Shown here in pieces: positions 1-13,338 of a DNA stretch of 64,000 nucleotides. Below the pieces are notes generated by a model, which had not been told where the DNA came from, did not search any database, and was given only the letters and a program-made list of their open reading frames with translations. Made by a program: the position numbers and the translations under genes. Every line of letters begins with the position of its first letter. Position 1 is the stretch's first letter. The stretch is from Callorhinchus milii (Eukaryota). Where the stretch lies: contig NW_024704748.1 in the NCBI RefSeq assembly GCF_018977255.1, positions 27,032,001-27,096,000 of the forward strand, read 5' to 3'.

Positions 1-151
1 GGCTGCCATGTTCACCTACAAATAGTCACAAAAATTTGGAGAACTCTTATGAATCACTCTTATCAATACTTGCAAAAACTGAAAGGAATGTGGCACTGGA
101 TGAAGAACTAAAAACGCTGCCAAGTAAGAGATGCAACAATGGAAGTTACAC

Positions 152-522
152 AGGATAATAATATCCTTACATTTGATATAGCGCCTCATCACATCTTTGA
201 GACGTCTCAAAGTGCTTCACAAAATACTGCAAAGAGAATTGATTCTATATTTTGTAGGCAAAATGCACACAGCAGTGTCCCACAAACAGTTGTGGATTGA
301 GTGACCAAATTATTATGATTATTATTTTTTTGGAAGGATTATTACACCCGGCAAAGTGATCTGCCAATCGACCAACAACTAGGTTCCTACTTACTGCTAG
401 ATAAAGAGGCATGTGGAGTAAGGAAACTTGCCTAACATCTCGCCTTCTCTGGGAATCGAAGCTAGGTCCTCTCACTTGCGAGGCGAGCGTAGTTCTAACC
501 AGTACAGTATGGGACTCCACAG
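152..522 (-). mobile_element. Full-length tRNA-derived Deu-domain SINE (SINE2-1_CM-like), common subfamily
   Basis: tRNA-like head, Deu core TGTTTGTGGGACACTGCTGTG, L2-type stem-loop tail and (TTA)n end. Dozens of copies or fragments occur in the window. Confidence 0.8.
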
Positions 523-1548
523 GACCAGTATAACACTCAGTTAGCGAAACAAAACAAGACTTAGTTTAACGAAGGGACTGAAAGTAGCCTGACACAGTCA
601 CTTACTGGTAGATTTTCACCATTCCCCATGGATGTTGCATAACAATCCTTAAGGGACAAAGCAGCTTGTAGAGCATATAAACACACAGGTCAGGTCCCAT
701 GGGATTCCAGGATAAACAGAAGGTAGAGGTACACCTTCATATTCAAAGGCTTTCAGTTCCCACTGTGATTAGATAGGTACAGTAATGGTAAACTCAGTGA
801 ACTGAAGGACACTTACGAGTTCAGCGTCATGAATCAAAACAGATTTTTTTAAAAAAGTTATTATATGCACAATATCTGTGGGGAATTAGTGGGAATAGAT
901 GAGATGGCTTCTGTGGAAAAAAAACAGCAGGGAATTGATAATCCTTACATTTAACATAGCACCTTTTATGTCAAAACATCTCAAAGTGCTTCAGGGTATT
1001 TTACTGCAAAGTGTAGTAACTATTTTTATAGATGAAGATAACAGCCAATTTGCACAGAGCCAAAACAAAACAACAACGAAACAAATACTTTATAACTGAA
1101 CAATTAAACATATAACCGGCTTTATTGCCCTCTGATTCCTGATCACTGAATGTTTCAGTCTCATACGAGAAAACATCTGTATCTTGGTAGATTCACCCAT
1201 CCTACCCCCCACCTTCAAAAATATATCTCTTCTGCAGTTCTTTATCTACAAATTGCAGCTCAAGTTGTTCTCAGGAAAACTTCACAGGTTTCCAAGAATC
1301 AGTGCCAAACTTAAATTGTATTGCCAACCAAAGTGACTGCTAAACAGACAAGACAAGATAAATAGAGGTGAAAGCTAGCCAGGAACAGCTCTCACAAATC
1401 ACAAGACAATTCTGTTGAAATTGACCGGAGGCCAACATACAATCACGGACACTGATAAAAAAAAAAGTGCTGGGAAAATATGGGATTTAGCTTCAAAATT
1501 CAAGGAAGTAAACAGATTCTATAAATGCATTCCTAAAGTTCATTCTTG

Positions 1549-1912
1549 AGGCCTGTAACTTAGTGGTTAGAGCACTTGCCTCACAAATGAGAGAACATGG
1601 GTTTGGCTCCTGGGCAGGTTGGGCAAGTTTCCTTACTCCACACGCCTCTGTTTACCTAGCAGTAAGTAGAAACCCGGTTGTTAGTCGATTGGCAGATCGC
1701 TTTTCCGGGGTAGTAATCCCTTTAAAACAAAAATAATAATTTGGTCACTCAGTCCACAACTGTCCAATCGCCCACCCTGCTGTGAGCAATTGGCTGCCGT
1801 GTTTCACCCACAAAACTTACAGTCAGTTCACTTTGCAGTATATTCTGTGAAGCACTTTGAGATGTCTTGAAGACACGATAAGGCTCCATATCAAATGCAA
1901 GATTATTATTAT
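1549..1912 (+). mobile_element. Full-length SINE, common subfamily
   Basis: Head CCTGTAACTTAGTGGTTAGAGCAC, core GCAATTGGCTGCCG, tail ...TCAAATGCAAGATTATTATT. Confidence 0.8.
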
Positions 1913-2559
1913 TAATCCTACAGTGCATTCTACAGCAGTTCCAGGAGTTTTGCCCGAGCGGATAGTGCAGCATTAAACGCATTAAAAATAAGAATAGTTA
2001 CAAGTTTAGGGTCAAGTTTTGCAACCAGCTAAATCAGATAGCATCAAGTTCCTCTTTTCTGTTCACTGGAAATGTCAACCACAACTTGACTTCCAGAACA
2101 CCTTTCATCTACAATTAGACCATCTAATCGCACTTCAAAAGCGGATAGTGATCCCTGTTCAGTGACTGTCAAAATGTACGATCTTAAAGAGTTTTGATGG
2201 TGCGGAGACAAAATACAAGGTGAAGGAATTTGGAGGCTGAGATTGGTTGAAGGCTCAGCCAACAGTAGAGACACAGTGGGAAATAAGAGATGATCAGTAT
2301 TGGAAGAGCAAAGGCCATGGGCAGCAGAGTAGATCTTAGTTATGTTACAGCCATTTTAATCAAGTTCATAGCACAAACTAATTTACAATAAATTAAGTTT
2401 GACATCTCATTCTGAGGAGTCATAGGAACAAAGCAAAAAGGACCATTCTATATCAGGTAAAATTTTCATTAAATGAGGTATTAAATATTAAATATCTGTC
2501 CAGCACCTTGGGACGTCCTCCCGACATGAAAGGCGCTATACAAATGTAATCTTGTTGTT

Positions 2560-3440
2560 AACATAGCATAACATGTAGGAGCAGGAGTAGGCCATTCGGC
2601 CCTTCGAGCCTGCCCCACCATTCAATTACGGCTGATCTTCTAATCTAACTCCAGCTAATAACCTGACCCTGCCTTATCCTCATATCCCTTAATCCCTTTT
2701 GCAATAAGAAATCTATCTATCTCAGTCTTGAATATGTTCAAGGACTGAGCATCAACAGCCCTTTGGGGTAGTGAGTTCCATACATTCACCACCATTTGAG
2801 TGAAGAAGTTCTTCATCAACTCAACAACAACAAGATTGCATTTATAGAGCACCTTTCACGTCGGGCGGACGTCCCAAGGCGCTGGACAGTTGGGTCGGGA
2901 CCCAAGCAGGGGGGAAATGGTCAGGGTGAGGGGAGGGAGCGAGGAGGGGGTAGAGAGTCGAGAGGGGAGCTGAAGGCACAGTTGAAGAGAAAGGTCTTGA
3001 GTCCGGTCTTGAAGGAGGAAAGGGAGGAAGCGGTGAAGGCACTGAGGGATGGAGTTCCAGAGCCTCGGGGCTGAGAGGCTGAAAGCCCGGCCACCGATGG
3101 TCGGGCGGTTAGGGCGGGGGATGTGGAGCAGACCGGAGCCAGAGGAACGGAGGGTACGGGCAGGTACTCAGTGCAAAAGGGCTGCCACTGATTTCAAGGA
3201 TGTGACCCCTGGTTTTAGTTTCTCCAACCGGGGAAACAATCTCCCACTAACTACTCTTATCATTGCCCTTTGATGATCTTATAGGTTTCTATAAGATCCC
3301 CTCTAATTCTTCTATATTCTAGAGAATATAGGCCCAAATTGGTCAGCCTATCCTCGTAACTCATCCCCTTCATCCCTGGTACTAACCTAGTAAATCTACG
3401 CTGCACCCCCTCCAAGGCAAGTACATCCTTCATTAAATAA
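2560..3440 (-). mobile_element. CR1-type LINE 3' fragment interrupted by a nested L2 3' fragment (2821-3162)
   Basis: CR1 ORF2 end peptide (FFTQMVVNVWNSLPQRAVDAQSLNIFKTEIDRFL) at 2655-2820, with CR1-like sequence resuming at ~3180. The insert has the L2 end ([17 protein letters not shown]) and a (GTT)n tail. Confidence 0.7.
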
Positions 3441-6400
3441 TTGTTCTTGTTGTTGTAGTAAGAGTCTTAAATTACAAAGTTTTAATATGTGACAGGGTGA
3501 AATTATTTTCACTGCTCAGTAACAAGACGGCATCAATTTAAGACAATTGATTAACATGTAAAGGGATGTTAGGAATATTTTACACACAAACACACACACA
3601 GTTAGGATGTGGAAGTACGGGTAAAGTCCCGTATATCAGAACACTACTAAGGCTGGAAAGAGTAAACTTAAGTCAGCAAACGTTGGAACTGGGTAGGAAC
3701 AGAACCCTGTTTTGGTTGATCTCAATCCTATCTACCTATTAGGTATGTCTTTCAAATCCCCCCATTGTAGCATTAGGGAAGTTTGTGGCTCTTAAATAGA
3801 TTTGACTTTGCAATTGTTCATAATGTGTGTTACAGTGGGGCTGGTGAAGTATCACCAATTTGCTTCAGGTTTTGCAACCACAATTCAAGCTTGCTGCCAG
3901 CTTCTTAGCTGGAAGTAAATTGACATTCACTGTAGGGATTAGGTTGAGCCCTCACAGCCAAGTGGGAATAGAGGAGGATAAGCGTACGGCTAAGCAGCTT
4001 GAAAGAGGCATGTGCACATTGAATACTTCAATAAAGTAATTGTAACCAACTGTAGTGTCACTAGGCCCACTTTATTACTAGTACAGCTCTTAAGTCATAC
4101 CCTAAATTGAGTGCCTTGACAGAAGACTTAACAATTCTCCCTGGTACAAAATACATACATATTAAATTGTTACACTTTACAGCATATCCTTTCAATCACT
4201 CAGACAATGGTCTGACATGAAAGGCAGTATATCAAATGCAAGGATTATGATACTAGTATTAGTTCTCTGACAGATACACAGTCACTACACTTAACAGCAA
4301 TTACTGGTGAGATGATGAGACATTTGGACACTATAACAAATGCAAGGATTACTATTATAATATAGTGCTCTGCTCAAATACAAGTTTGGAACGAATCTGT
4401 AAGTACACTATTTACCAAAAAAAAGGAAGAATTCTGAAAGTCCCTGGTGTTCAACTTGAATTAGCAGTACATCATTAGGGCAAACTCAGATTGAGGAGAA
4501 ATATTCAATTGAAACATCACGAGTGCACTTCGTCAACAAGTCTTTGCAGACCGATACAGATTGCTGCCTCCCCTGAAGTACACACGTACATGGTCGCTCC
4601 CCTAACTCAAGGACATTAGAGACCAATTGAAGGAGTCAACATTGACCCAGTTAACATGAGACAACATTCAGCAGAGCCCACAGATCAAACCTGGAAACTT
4701 TATAGCTTATGTGGTTCATTAAGCATTGCAATTTTTAAGTTTATGTAGCATTTTTCATGTTAAAAAAAGCTTTTGGAAACACTTTACAGAAGGAGATTAA
4801 TTAGAAGGGAATGCTTTTATGGAGGAACACTGATCATGTGTACTAGCAACATCCCACAAATTGTGTAGCCATTCGGATTCTTTTGAATGTGAGCTGGAGG
4901 CTGGGGTGGAGGGGAGAGAGAGAAAATGGTACGTAAAACAGCAATGTGCGTTTATATAGAGCCCTTCGTAACAGAATTTATCTCACTAAATCAAAATAGA
5001 CTAGAAAACAGAAGTTCTTTGAAACAGAATCATAAGGCAGGCGACACTTAAATTAACACCATTCAAAGGGAGACTGATGTTGAAATAAACTTGTAATTAT
5101 TGTAGTATATACATTTATGAAATGAAAATAGATTGGCATTCCATGAAAAAAAACTGATCAAATAAGTCATGAGTGAATCAGAGACCAAATACACAGTACA
5201 TTTTAATCCCTGCATCTTCTGTTTATACCACACTAGGTAATTAATTATTTTTTGAGAAGACATTGCCAGCACAATAAGCTCTCTAGAAAAACAACAAATT
5301 ACATTTGCACAAAGCCTTTCACATCAAGATAAAAAGGATTATATCAAGATTTCATTTTACTAGACAATTTAATCCAGTAAATGTTTAACTGCTTTGACAT
5401 TTAGACACACACAACTCTCAAAAATTCAGAACCATTAACACAAAACATTGTCATGTCAGGCTCAATGAGGGATGGAGTTTGAAAACGAGTCAAACTAGAC
5501 TGCTCACATTTTTGTGAGTTTGCATTCCTCAAGATGGGTGTGTCTACAGGGAAATTAAACACTTTTCTACTTCCCGTATTCAATGATTTTTTTCGCCAGC
5601 CGGATGTCAGAAGCATGCAGAGACCCATCACCATGCTTAAGAGTATCCAAACCAAACAGATTTCCATGCATCCCATCTACACATGGAAATTCCAGAGATA
5701 TTTATTCGAATGCGCATTCTTTCCCTGGAGTGACGCATCCTGTTAACCTAATTCCGGAAAGTATTAGCTGCTGGTTGGCAAGAGCCAAGTCTTGGAGACC
5801 CCAGGAGTAACTGCCGGAGTCTAACCAGCTAGAACCACATCATTAACCATTGATATCACTGTCTGGCAAGTTTTCCTGCTGCTTGCCCAGCTAGGACCAC
5901 CCTACCCATTAGGTAGGTCTTTGATTTATAGGATTAAATAATAATAATCCTTGCATTTGATATACCACCTTATCACTTCTTCAAGATGTCTCAAAGCGCT
6001 TCACAGAATATATTGTAAAGTGAATTGAGTGGGATGATTCCCTGCCCACAGTGACTGGTTTGCCCTTCCAAGTCCCGCCGATGAGCCAGGCTAGCTGTGC
6101 TGAAATACTGAAGATCCGCCTGGCTCAGGAACCGGATGATACATCTTACATAGATTCTGTAAAGCAAGTTAGGAATACAGGAACATGAATATGCCATTCA
6201 GCCCCTCGAGCTTGTTCCACCGTTCTCATGGCTAATCTGTTGAGAGAGCTCACTACATCTTAGTGTTACGTGAGATATTTATAAGTAACTTATGGCCCAA
6301 GTCACTTGAACACCTTGATTAGGTTACAGTGCTGTAACTCACTCCAGATACAAGATTCTGGGGGTTATGCAATGGCAATCATTTGGTTACAACTTTGAGC

Positions 6401-6696
6401 CCAGAAATATGATAATTTAACTGTACGCCTGCATACAAAAAGTATACACTCAGATGTTATTGCAGTAACAGGACAGAACTGCGCACAGATAAGCCATCAG
6501 CCAATGTAGATACACAAAATTCCTGGCAGAAGCTAAAATCGAACAGTTTCAATAATCAGGTGACAAACTACTCCTATAATATGTGACATCTCTCTGGACT
6601 GAGTGTGTGCTGGTGGCAGGGGAGAGGGGAAGAAGGAAAATAATAATACTTCATTTGTTATAGCATTTTATCATTTCAAAAAGCTTCACAGAATAT

Positions 6697-7002
6697 ACAA
6701 TACAAATTACATTTGTATAGTGCCTCTCACTTCGGGAGGACGCCCCAAGGTGCTGGACAGCCAGGGATTTGGACCCGAGCTGATTGGGGAGGGTGGAGGG
6801 CAGGGAGGGTGGCTGAAGGTTCGGCCAAAGAGGAGGGTTTTGAGACGTGCCTTGAAGGAGGCAAGGGAGGAAGCAAGGCAAAGAAAATGTGGGATGGAGT
6901 TCGATAAGGTGGGGCAGAAAGGCTGAAGGCCTTGCCGCCGATGGTGGAACTGCAGGGGATGTACAGCAGGTCGGAGCCTGCTGAGTAGAGGGAGCGGACT
7001 GG
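6697..7002 (-). mobile_element. L2 LINE 3' fragment
   Basis: IGGKAFSLSAP-like peptide and stem-loop tail. Confidence 0.7.
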
Positions 7003-8939
7003 TTGATATGGTATACTATATATACTGTAAAGTATAGTGACTGTGTATATTTTGTGTGCCAGCAGGCAACCAATTTGCACACAGCAATGCCCCACAGCCA
7101 TGGAGTGAGTGAGTGAGTGGGATGTTGTTGGCCAGGACACTGGGAGAAAATGCTTTTTCTTTTCAAATTTTGCCATGGGATGTTTAACATCAAATGGGAT
7201 AGGTGGACTGGAGCTCAGTTTAATTTCCCATCCAAAACACAGCACCTCTAACAATTCAGCACAACCAAGCACTTGCCCTGGAGCAACAGCCTGGAATGTG
7301 TGGGTTCAAGTCTCGACTTGGAACTTGAACCCCCAACCTTTACAATCCAATCAATTAGGTCAATTTAAACAGCAAAACTTGCAGCTGATCTGGTTTTGTT
7401 AAATAGATGACAAAGGAGCTCCCAGCTGGTTAACGTTCCATTCGTGGCATTGACAACTGCATGTTATCAAGCTCTGGGATATGAATTGCCACATCTCATG
7501 TAGCTCTTACACATGATACAATATCGCATGATTACTTTTGCCAACCAAGCGTGAGTTGTGCACACACAGGCAGAACAGGGAGTATAACAATCAATAGGTC
7601 AGACTTAGGGATAGCTCAGTGGAATCCAACTCAATTTGATGCCTGGCATAGACTCAATAAGGAATAAAACAAACTTTCAGACTGAGTGCCTCCTCTACAT
7701 TCTTCAAATGATTCAGTAAATGGGATTTCTTTGTGAAAAATCAAGATGTAAAAGTCTCGGGTCAGGATTTTGAACTCGCAGGAGTTGGACAGATATTCCA
7801 AAGCAGTACTGGGGGTGCATTGCACTGTTGGAGGTGCAGTCCTTCAGATGAGAGCTTAAGCTGAGATCTTGTTTGCCTGTAAGTGGACTTTAAAGGTCTT
7901 GTGGCAGTACACCAACAATATACATTGGTATAGCGCCTTTCACATTGGGAGGACGTCCCAAAGCGCTACTCGAGAAGAGTTTCAACAATGCCGAAGATAA
8001 AATTGGTCATTCACTTCATGGCTGTATGTGGGATATTGCTGTGTGCAAACTAGCTGCCGAATTTGCCTAATAGAGAGCACACTTCACAGTAAAATCATGT
8101 GAAGTGCTTTCAGGTGCCCTTGAGACATGAAAATTGCAACATCAAATGCAAAGATCTAAAAGGACTGCTATCCCAAGTTACTGTACCTATGCCTTTTCAG
8201 TTTAAGAAAATAATGTATATTAGCTGTTCATCATTTGTTAAAATGCTTAGCTCTGAAAAAATGTTGACAGCAAGTCTACGCAAAGCCTGTATGTATATAT
8301 ACTATTGTACACACACCATTCTGGCTGAGAGGGAGAACTGTCTGCTCTGAAGCAACGGCTGCACAATTGGCTAATGAGCCACTTAGCCTTAGTTGGTTCA
8401 CTGAAAAGAGCTAACTATTTAGCTCCATTTCCGTACCCTTTCCATTAGCCTTCTATAGTATTTTTCTTCACAGAAGTCCAATTCCCTTTTAAAACCTATT
8501 TGATTTTGGAAACAATCTGATGCCTTCTTTCTACCAGTGAGTGGAAATTGTTTCTCTGTAGTTACCTTATCAAAACCGCCACATATGCTCTATAGGCAAG
8601 GAGACACCATTTGGTAATATTTGAGATTGTCAGGAAGTGTTTTCTCTGGGCTAAGAGGCAATGTGTACAAAAATGAGAAGCACATTTAGAATATTTTATT
8701 CTCAGAGCAGTTCCTAATCATATCTTGTAGAATCAGGGCAAAGGACAAAGTTTGTTTCTTAGAGTCAAGTGCTGTATCCATAAAATCTCTTCCTCCCCCA
8801 AATGCAAACACGCTTCAGCCAAGTACTAAAATCTCCAAGAAGCATGCCGTGCTGGTTAGGTCATGAGAATATTGGGACTCTTACATTTGGAAGTCAGACA
8901 CTGTGGTGGTGGTGAGGGGATGATGCACAAAAGTTTGCC

Positions 8940-9330
8940 TTCAAAGCCCTCCACGGCCTTGCTCCTTCCTACCTCTGTGACCTTGCTAACACCATATCAA
9001 CCTGTCCACTCCCTATGCTTAGCAGGCTCTGGCCTGCTGCATGTCCCCTGCCCAGCCAGCACCATCACCGGCGGTTGGGTCTTCAGCCTCTCTGCCCCCA
9101 CCCTTTGGAACTCCATACCACAGTCCCTTCGACTCCCTCCCTTGCCTCCTTCAAGACCCTCCTCTTCGATCGAACCTTTGGTCACCCTCCTAGCCCTACC
9201 CCCACCCCTCAACTCTACTCCTCCTGATCCCAACCTCCTGCTCATATCCAAATCCCTGACAGTCCAGGGCCTTAGGACATCCTCCCGACGTGAAAGGTGC
9301 TATATAAATGTAATTTATTGTTGTTATTTG
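8940..9330 (+). mobile_element. L2 LINE 3' fragment
   Basis: GGWVFSLSAPTLWNSIPQSL peptide, then GGACATCCTCCCGACGTGAAAGG and (GTT)n. Confidence 0.75.
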
Positions 9331-10596
9331 CAGAACAAAACCCCATCTGATTATACACCAGCAACAATCATGACATTGGGGAAGCAGTACATAAATAATG
9401 GTTTATATAAAACACACAAAACTATTGTTGCACAGAACAGAGATTTTACACTGTAAGCCGAAGGGCACATGGAAGTGCAATGACTTATTGATGAGGTAGT
9501 GTACTGCTGTTGTAGTAAGATGGAGACATTGAAATCAGCAGAAAATCATGAGTTGGCCCTCTGGGTATTCGCAGAAGCATCAAGCATGGTAGTAGTCATT
9601 TGGGTGGGAGGCAAAACCAACTGCTAAAACAGTTAGCATTGTACTATACAGAACTATTTATAGTAATCAAAGGCAAGCTATGATCATTGAGGTCTCAAAG
9701 CTCCACCAAGACTTTGGTCAACACCCTGGTGAGGTTAGCCATTCAAAGGATGCCAATTTTGCATCTGGGATGAAATATTTGCAGAATATTGATACAAATG
9801 AGCACTTTGAAAGAAGATCTAAAAGCATTGACTTATTAGTGAACAAGAGGTTTGCCTACGAGTCTCTAAAGTGTAACAAAAATAACAAATGTGGGGATTA
9901 TGTATGGTGCTTATTCTCTATGGTGGTTTGGCAATTGGCTGCTGCGCTTCACCCACAATATATACAGTCAATCCACTTTACAGTATATCCTGTGAAGCGC
10001 TCCGAGACGTCACAACAATTTGACAAGGTGCTAGATAAAATGCAAGGATTATTATTTACCTTGAAAGAGGGGATGAAAGGACCAAGTGCGAGGGCTGTGG
10101 GAATGGAATTCCTGATAGTGGGCATCAAGTGGCTGCAAGCCACTTGCTGTGATATAAAAACTACAGTACTATATTTGTATCTTTGATGCAATACTTATTT
10201 TGAATGTTGTAGATCGAAGGCATATTCAATGTAAAAGAGAAAAAAAGATGAACACCACAGAAATGTTTACATTGAAGTTAATAGCACAGCTACACATGAT
10301 TTTAAAAAACCACCGTGATCAAAATAAAATTTAATTGGTTGGAGACTAGAATAAAAAGGAAAACAATTCCAAAATGCTGAGTGACAGTGCAATTACATTA
10401 GTCACATAAAGATTACGACATTGAAAAATAGAAAATTCCCAAGAGTATCTGTAGATCCCTCTGCACCAAGAATGCATGAGAAACAAAGCACATCTGATAA
10501 CTGATGACATCAGTACATTAAGATGCAAACACACATTGTTATACAAAGCACAAACTATAGAAATTTGAGAAATGCTTAGAAAACATTTCATAAAGA

Positions 10597-11141
10597 ATAA
10601 TAATAATCCTTGCATTTGTTATAGCGCTTTTCACGTCTTCTAGACATCTCAAAGCGCTTCACAGAATATACTGTAAAGTGAATTGACTGTATATTTGTGG
10701 GCGAAACGCAGCAGCCAATTGCGCACAGCAGTGTGCAAGGACTTTACAATGAGGTTAATTTGTAGAGAGAATATTCAGTTCAATGCAATTGCTTTACTCC
10801 ATACAGATCAATCGAGATATTTTATCAAAGGATATCTAATAATAATCCTTGAACTTGATATAGCACTTTTCTCGTCTTCTAGATGTCTCAAAACTGTTCA
10901 CAGAATATACTGTGAAGTAAATTTACTGTGTATTTGCGGGTGAAACGCGGCAGCCAATTGTGCAGTGTCCCACAAACAGTTGTGGATTGAAGTGACCAAT
11001 TTATTATTGTTTATTTTCTTGAGGGATTATTACTGTATAGGCGTGTGGAGTAAGGAAACTTGCCCAAGGTTTTGCCTTGCCGGCAATCAAACCCAGATCT
11101 CTCGCTTGATCTGATTTACAGATCTGAGCTACAGGACTACA
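10597..11141 (-). mobile_element. SINE plus an adjacent extra SINE 3' fragment
   Basis: Two tandem SINE tails (10597-10735 and from 10838) and a head near 11141. Confidence 0.7.
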
Positions 11142-12444
11142 CAAATATCTGCACAACTTCAAAGCAGAAGTATTATTATTATAATATCAGCGCTTTGGGA
11201 TGTCCTCCCGATGTGAAAGGCGCTCTATAAATGTAATTTTGTTGTTGTATAATATATCTGAATTCTAGTATAAGGGCCACAATTTCTATATAAGAAAATG
11301 ATACAAAAATAGGGAGTAAATCTGACAATTATGAGTACTGTAACTCTAAATGGAGATGAATAGACAACTAGAATGGGCGGTGAAACCACAGGTGAAATTC
11401 ACTGCAGTATAATACGAGGTTATACATTTTAGAAGGAAGAAAGATTCAGATACTAAATGCTAATATTTTAACAAGAGAAGAGACACAGGGGTTAACATAC
11501 ATAAACAATCTATTTCACTATAGAAAAATGTTGTTTTTCCTCACTCACTGAAAGGAGAAATAAGTGAATGCCCAAAGCTCAACAGTTTTAACCCCACATA
11601 AATAAACTGCTTATATTACTGTAAGTACGGTAACATAGCCTCAGACGTTCAAATTGTTTAAAGGTTTATTTCCACTGAGTCACAAGTTCAGACTCACAAG
11701 GATTTTGTAGTTTTGGCTGGGCAGGTTTTCTCAGATTTCAGCTGTGAAACGAGAACGAATGGCACACAGAAGCCAAGTACAGTATTCTGATAATTACTAG
11801 TTATCATAATTATCTTGCCTCTTGATTCCGAGCACACCGCTTTGTTCAGTTCACTCTACTTTGAAAGCAAAGTAGGGTGAACTGAGCAAGAGGAACATTT
11901 GCAGATATCCACACTTGTCTTGAGGTGGGGCGGGAGGTTTTTAAAAAATATGAAAAAAAGATAAAGATCAGTTTATGACTTTAAATTATACTTAACTGCC
12001 AGTCTCCAAAAAAAAAATCACAGAATGGTTGGATATTTGTGGGCATAACGTGTGCGACTGAACAAAGTTATTAGAGAAAATGGTTATACGGCAATGTTAA
12101 GATTTTTTTTAAAAAAATAATCCAGTTCAGTTTCAAATACACCACCGAAACTTTCTCATTTCGGAGCAAATGCACAGTCGGCCTGAAAAACTGCAGCTTA
12201 CAATTCTGGAAACACACGGTCAAGCCTGCTTTGTGCTTTAATCGCTGAGGTTCCCCACACATCGAGTGACAGCGCCCACTACATATACCCCCACCCCCCC
12301 CACCTGGAATAAATACACGTCTCCAAAAGAAAATAGCATCTCAGAATTCACCTCATCCTGTGAAGCGCTTTGAGATGTGATAAGGCGCTACACCAAATGC
12401 ATGTAACATCATTATTATCTATGATCATCTCTCCTGTCTCAGAC

Positions 12445-12840
12445 CCCCACCCCACCAACCCCTCACCCCCCCCACCACCACACCAACCCCTCACCCCCCC
12501 CACCAGCACACCAACCCCTCACCCCCCCCCACCACCACCACCAACCCCTCACCCCCCCCACCAGCACACCAACCCCTCACCCCCCCCCACCAGCCACACC
12601 AACCCCTCACCCCCCCCACCAGCACACCAACCCCTCACCCCCCCACCACCACCAACCCCTCACCCCCCCCACCCCACCAACCCTCACCCCCTCACCCCCC
12701 CCACCCCCACCAACCCCTCACCCCCCCACCACACCCAACCCCTCACCCCCCCCCACCATCACACCAACCCTCACCCCCCCCCACCATCACACCACCCCCT
12801 CACCCCCCCCCCCACCACCACACCAACCCCCTCACCCCCT
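12445..12840. repeat. C-rich minisatellite, unit ~CCAACCCCTCACCCCCCCCA(CCA), abutting the UBTD1 exon-1 donor
   Basis: Tandem variant units seen directly. Confidence 0.95.
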
Positions 12841-12843
12841 TAC

Positions 12844-12946
12844 CTGTTTTTCTGCCATTGCCGCCCCGTCTCCCTGAACGATGGTGCTGCTGTTGGTGCT
12901 GCTGCTGCTGCTGCTGCCGGCGTTGGGACCCCACACAGCCTCCCAT
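12844..12946 (-). CDS. UBTD1: Ubiquitin domain-containing protein 1, first coding exon (rest of the gene lies left of the window)
   Basis: ATG at 12946 reads MGGCVGSQRRQQQQQQHQQQHHRSGRRGGNGRKT-G, then a phase-1 donor CAG|GTAAGG. This resembles the UBTD1/UBTD2 N-terminus (MGxCVG...R/K-rich...G), and the exon is head-to-head with MMS19 as human UBTD1 is. I could not find exon 2 (RNEPLKKE...) in 1-12843. Confidence 0.8.
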
Positions 12947-13099
12947 CAAGGAATAACCCACCAACCACACACACTACACCCCTCCTCCTCCCCCCACCCC
13001 TCACAGATTCCCTCGGAACAACCCCCGCCCCCCCCGGCCGGACTTTTACAATGCAGTCACCTTAACAGTGGAAACTTTCTGAGTGTAAATGAAGGCGGG

Positions 13100-13306
13100 A
13101 GGAGAATAGACTGAACTACAAGAAGGAGCCGCTCGGGGGGGGGGGGGGGGGAGGGCAGAGGGGTCCAGGGGCTGACAGAGGGGGGGGTGGGGGGTCAGTG
13201 GTGGGGGTCAGCTTCCCCCCCCACTCACAGGTAACCAAGGGCAACCGCCCCCCCTCCCCCTCCGGGGCCCGCTTCAACCGCCGCCGACCTGACGAACGCC
13301 TTTCAT

Positions 13307-13338
<32 letters not shown>

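Noticed and set aside
8863-9456. 197-aa ORF
   Set aside because: Read-through of a 5'-truncated L2 3' end; no intact RT or endonuclease appears in the window.
1-12440. Further UBTD1 exons or a nested gene
   Set aside because: No recognisable UBTD1 peptide or other protein; AT-rich intron with repeat fragments. Small ncRNAs cannot be excluded without a covariance-model search.
12370-13065. Long Pro/His/Gly-rich ORFs here and at 15.0, 38.6, 39.7, 46.0, 47.0 and 50.1 kb
   Set aside because: Stop-free translations of minisatellites, open in several frames on both strands.
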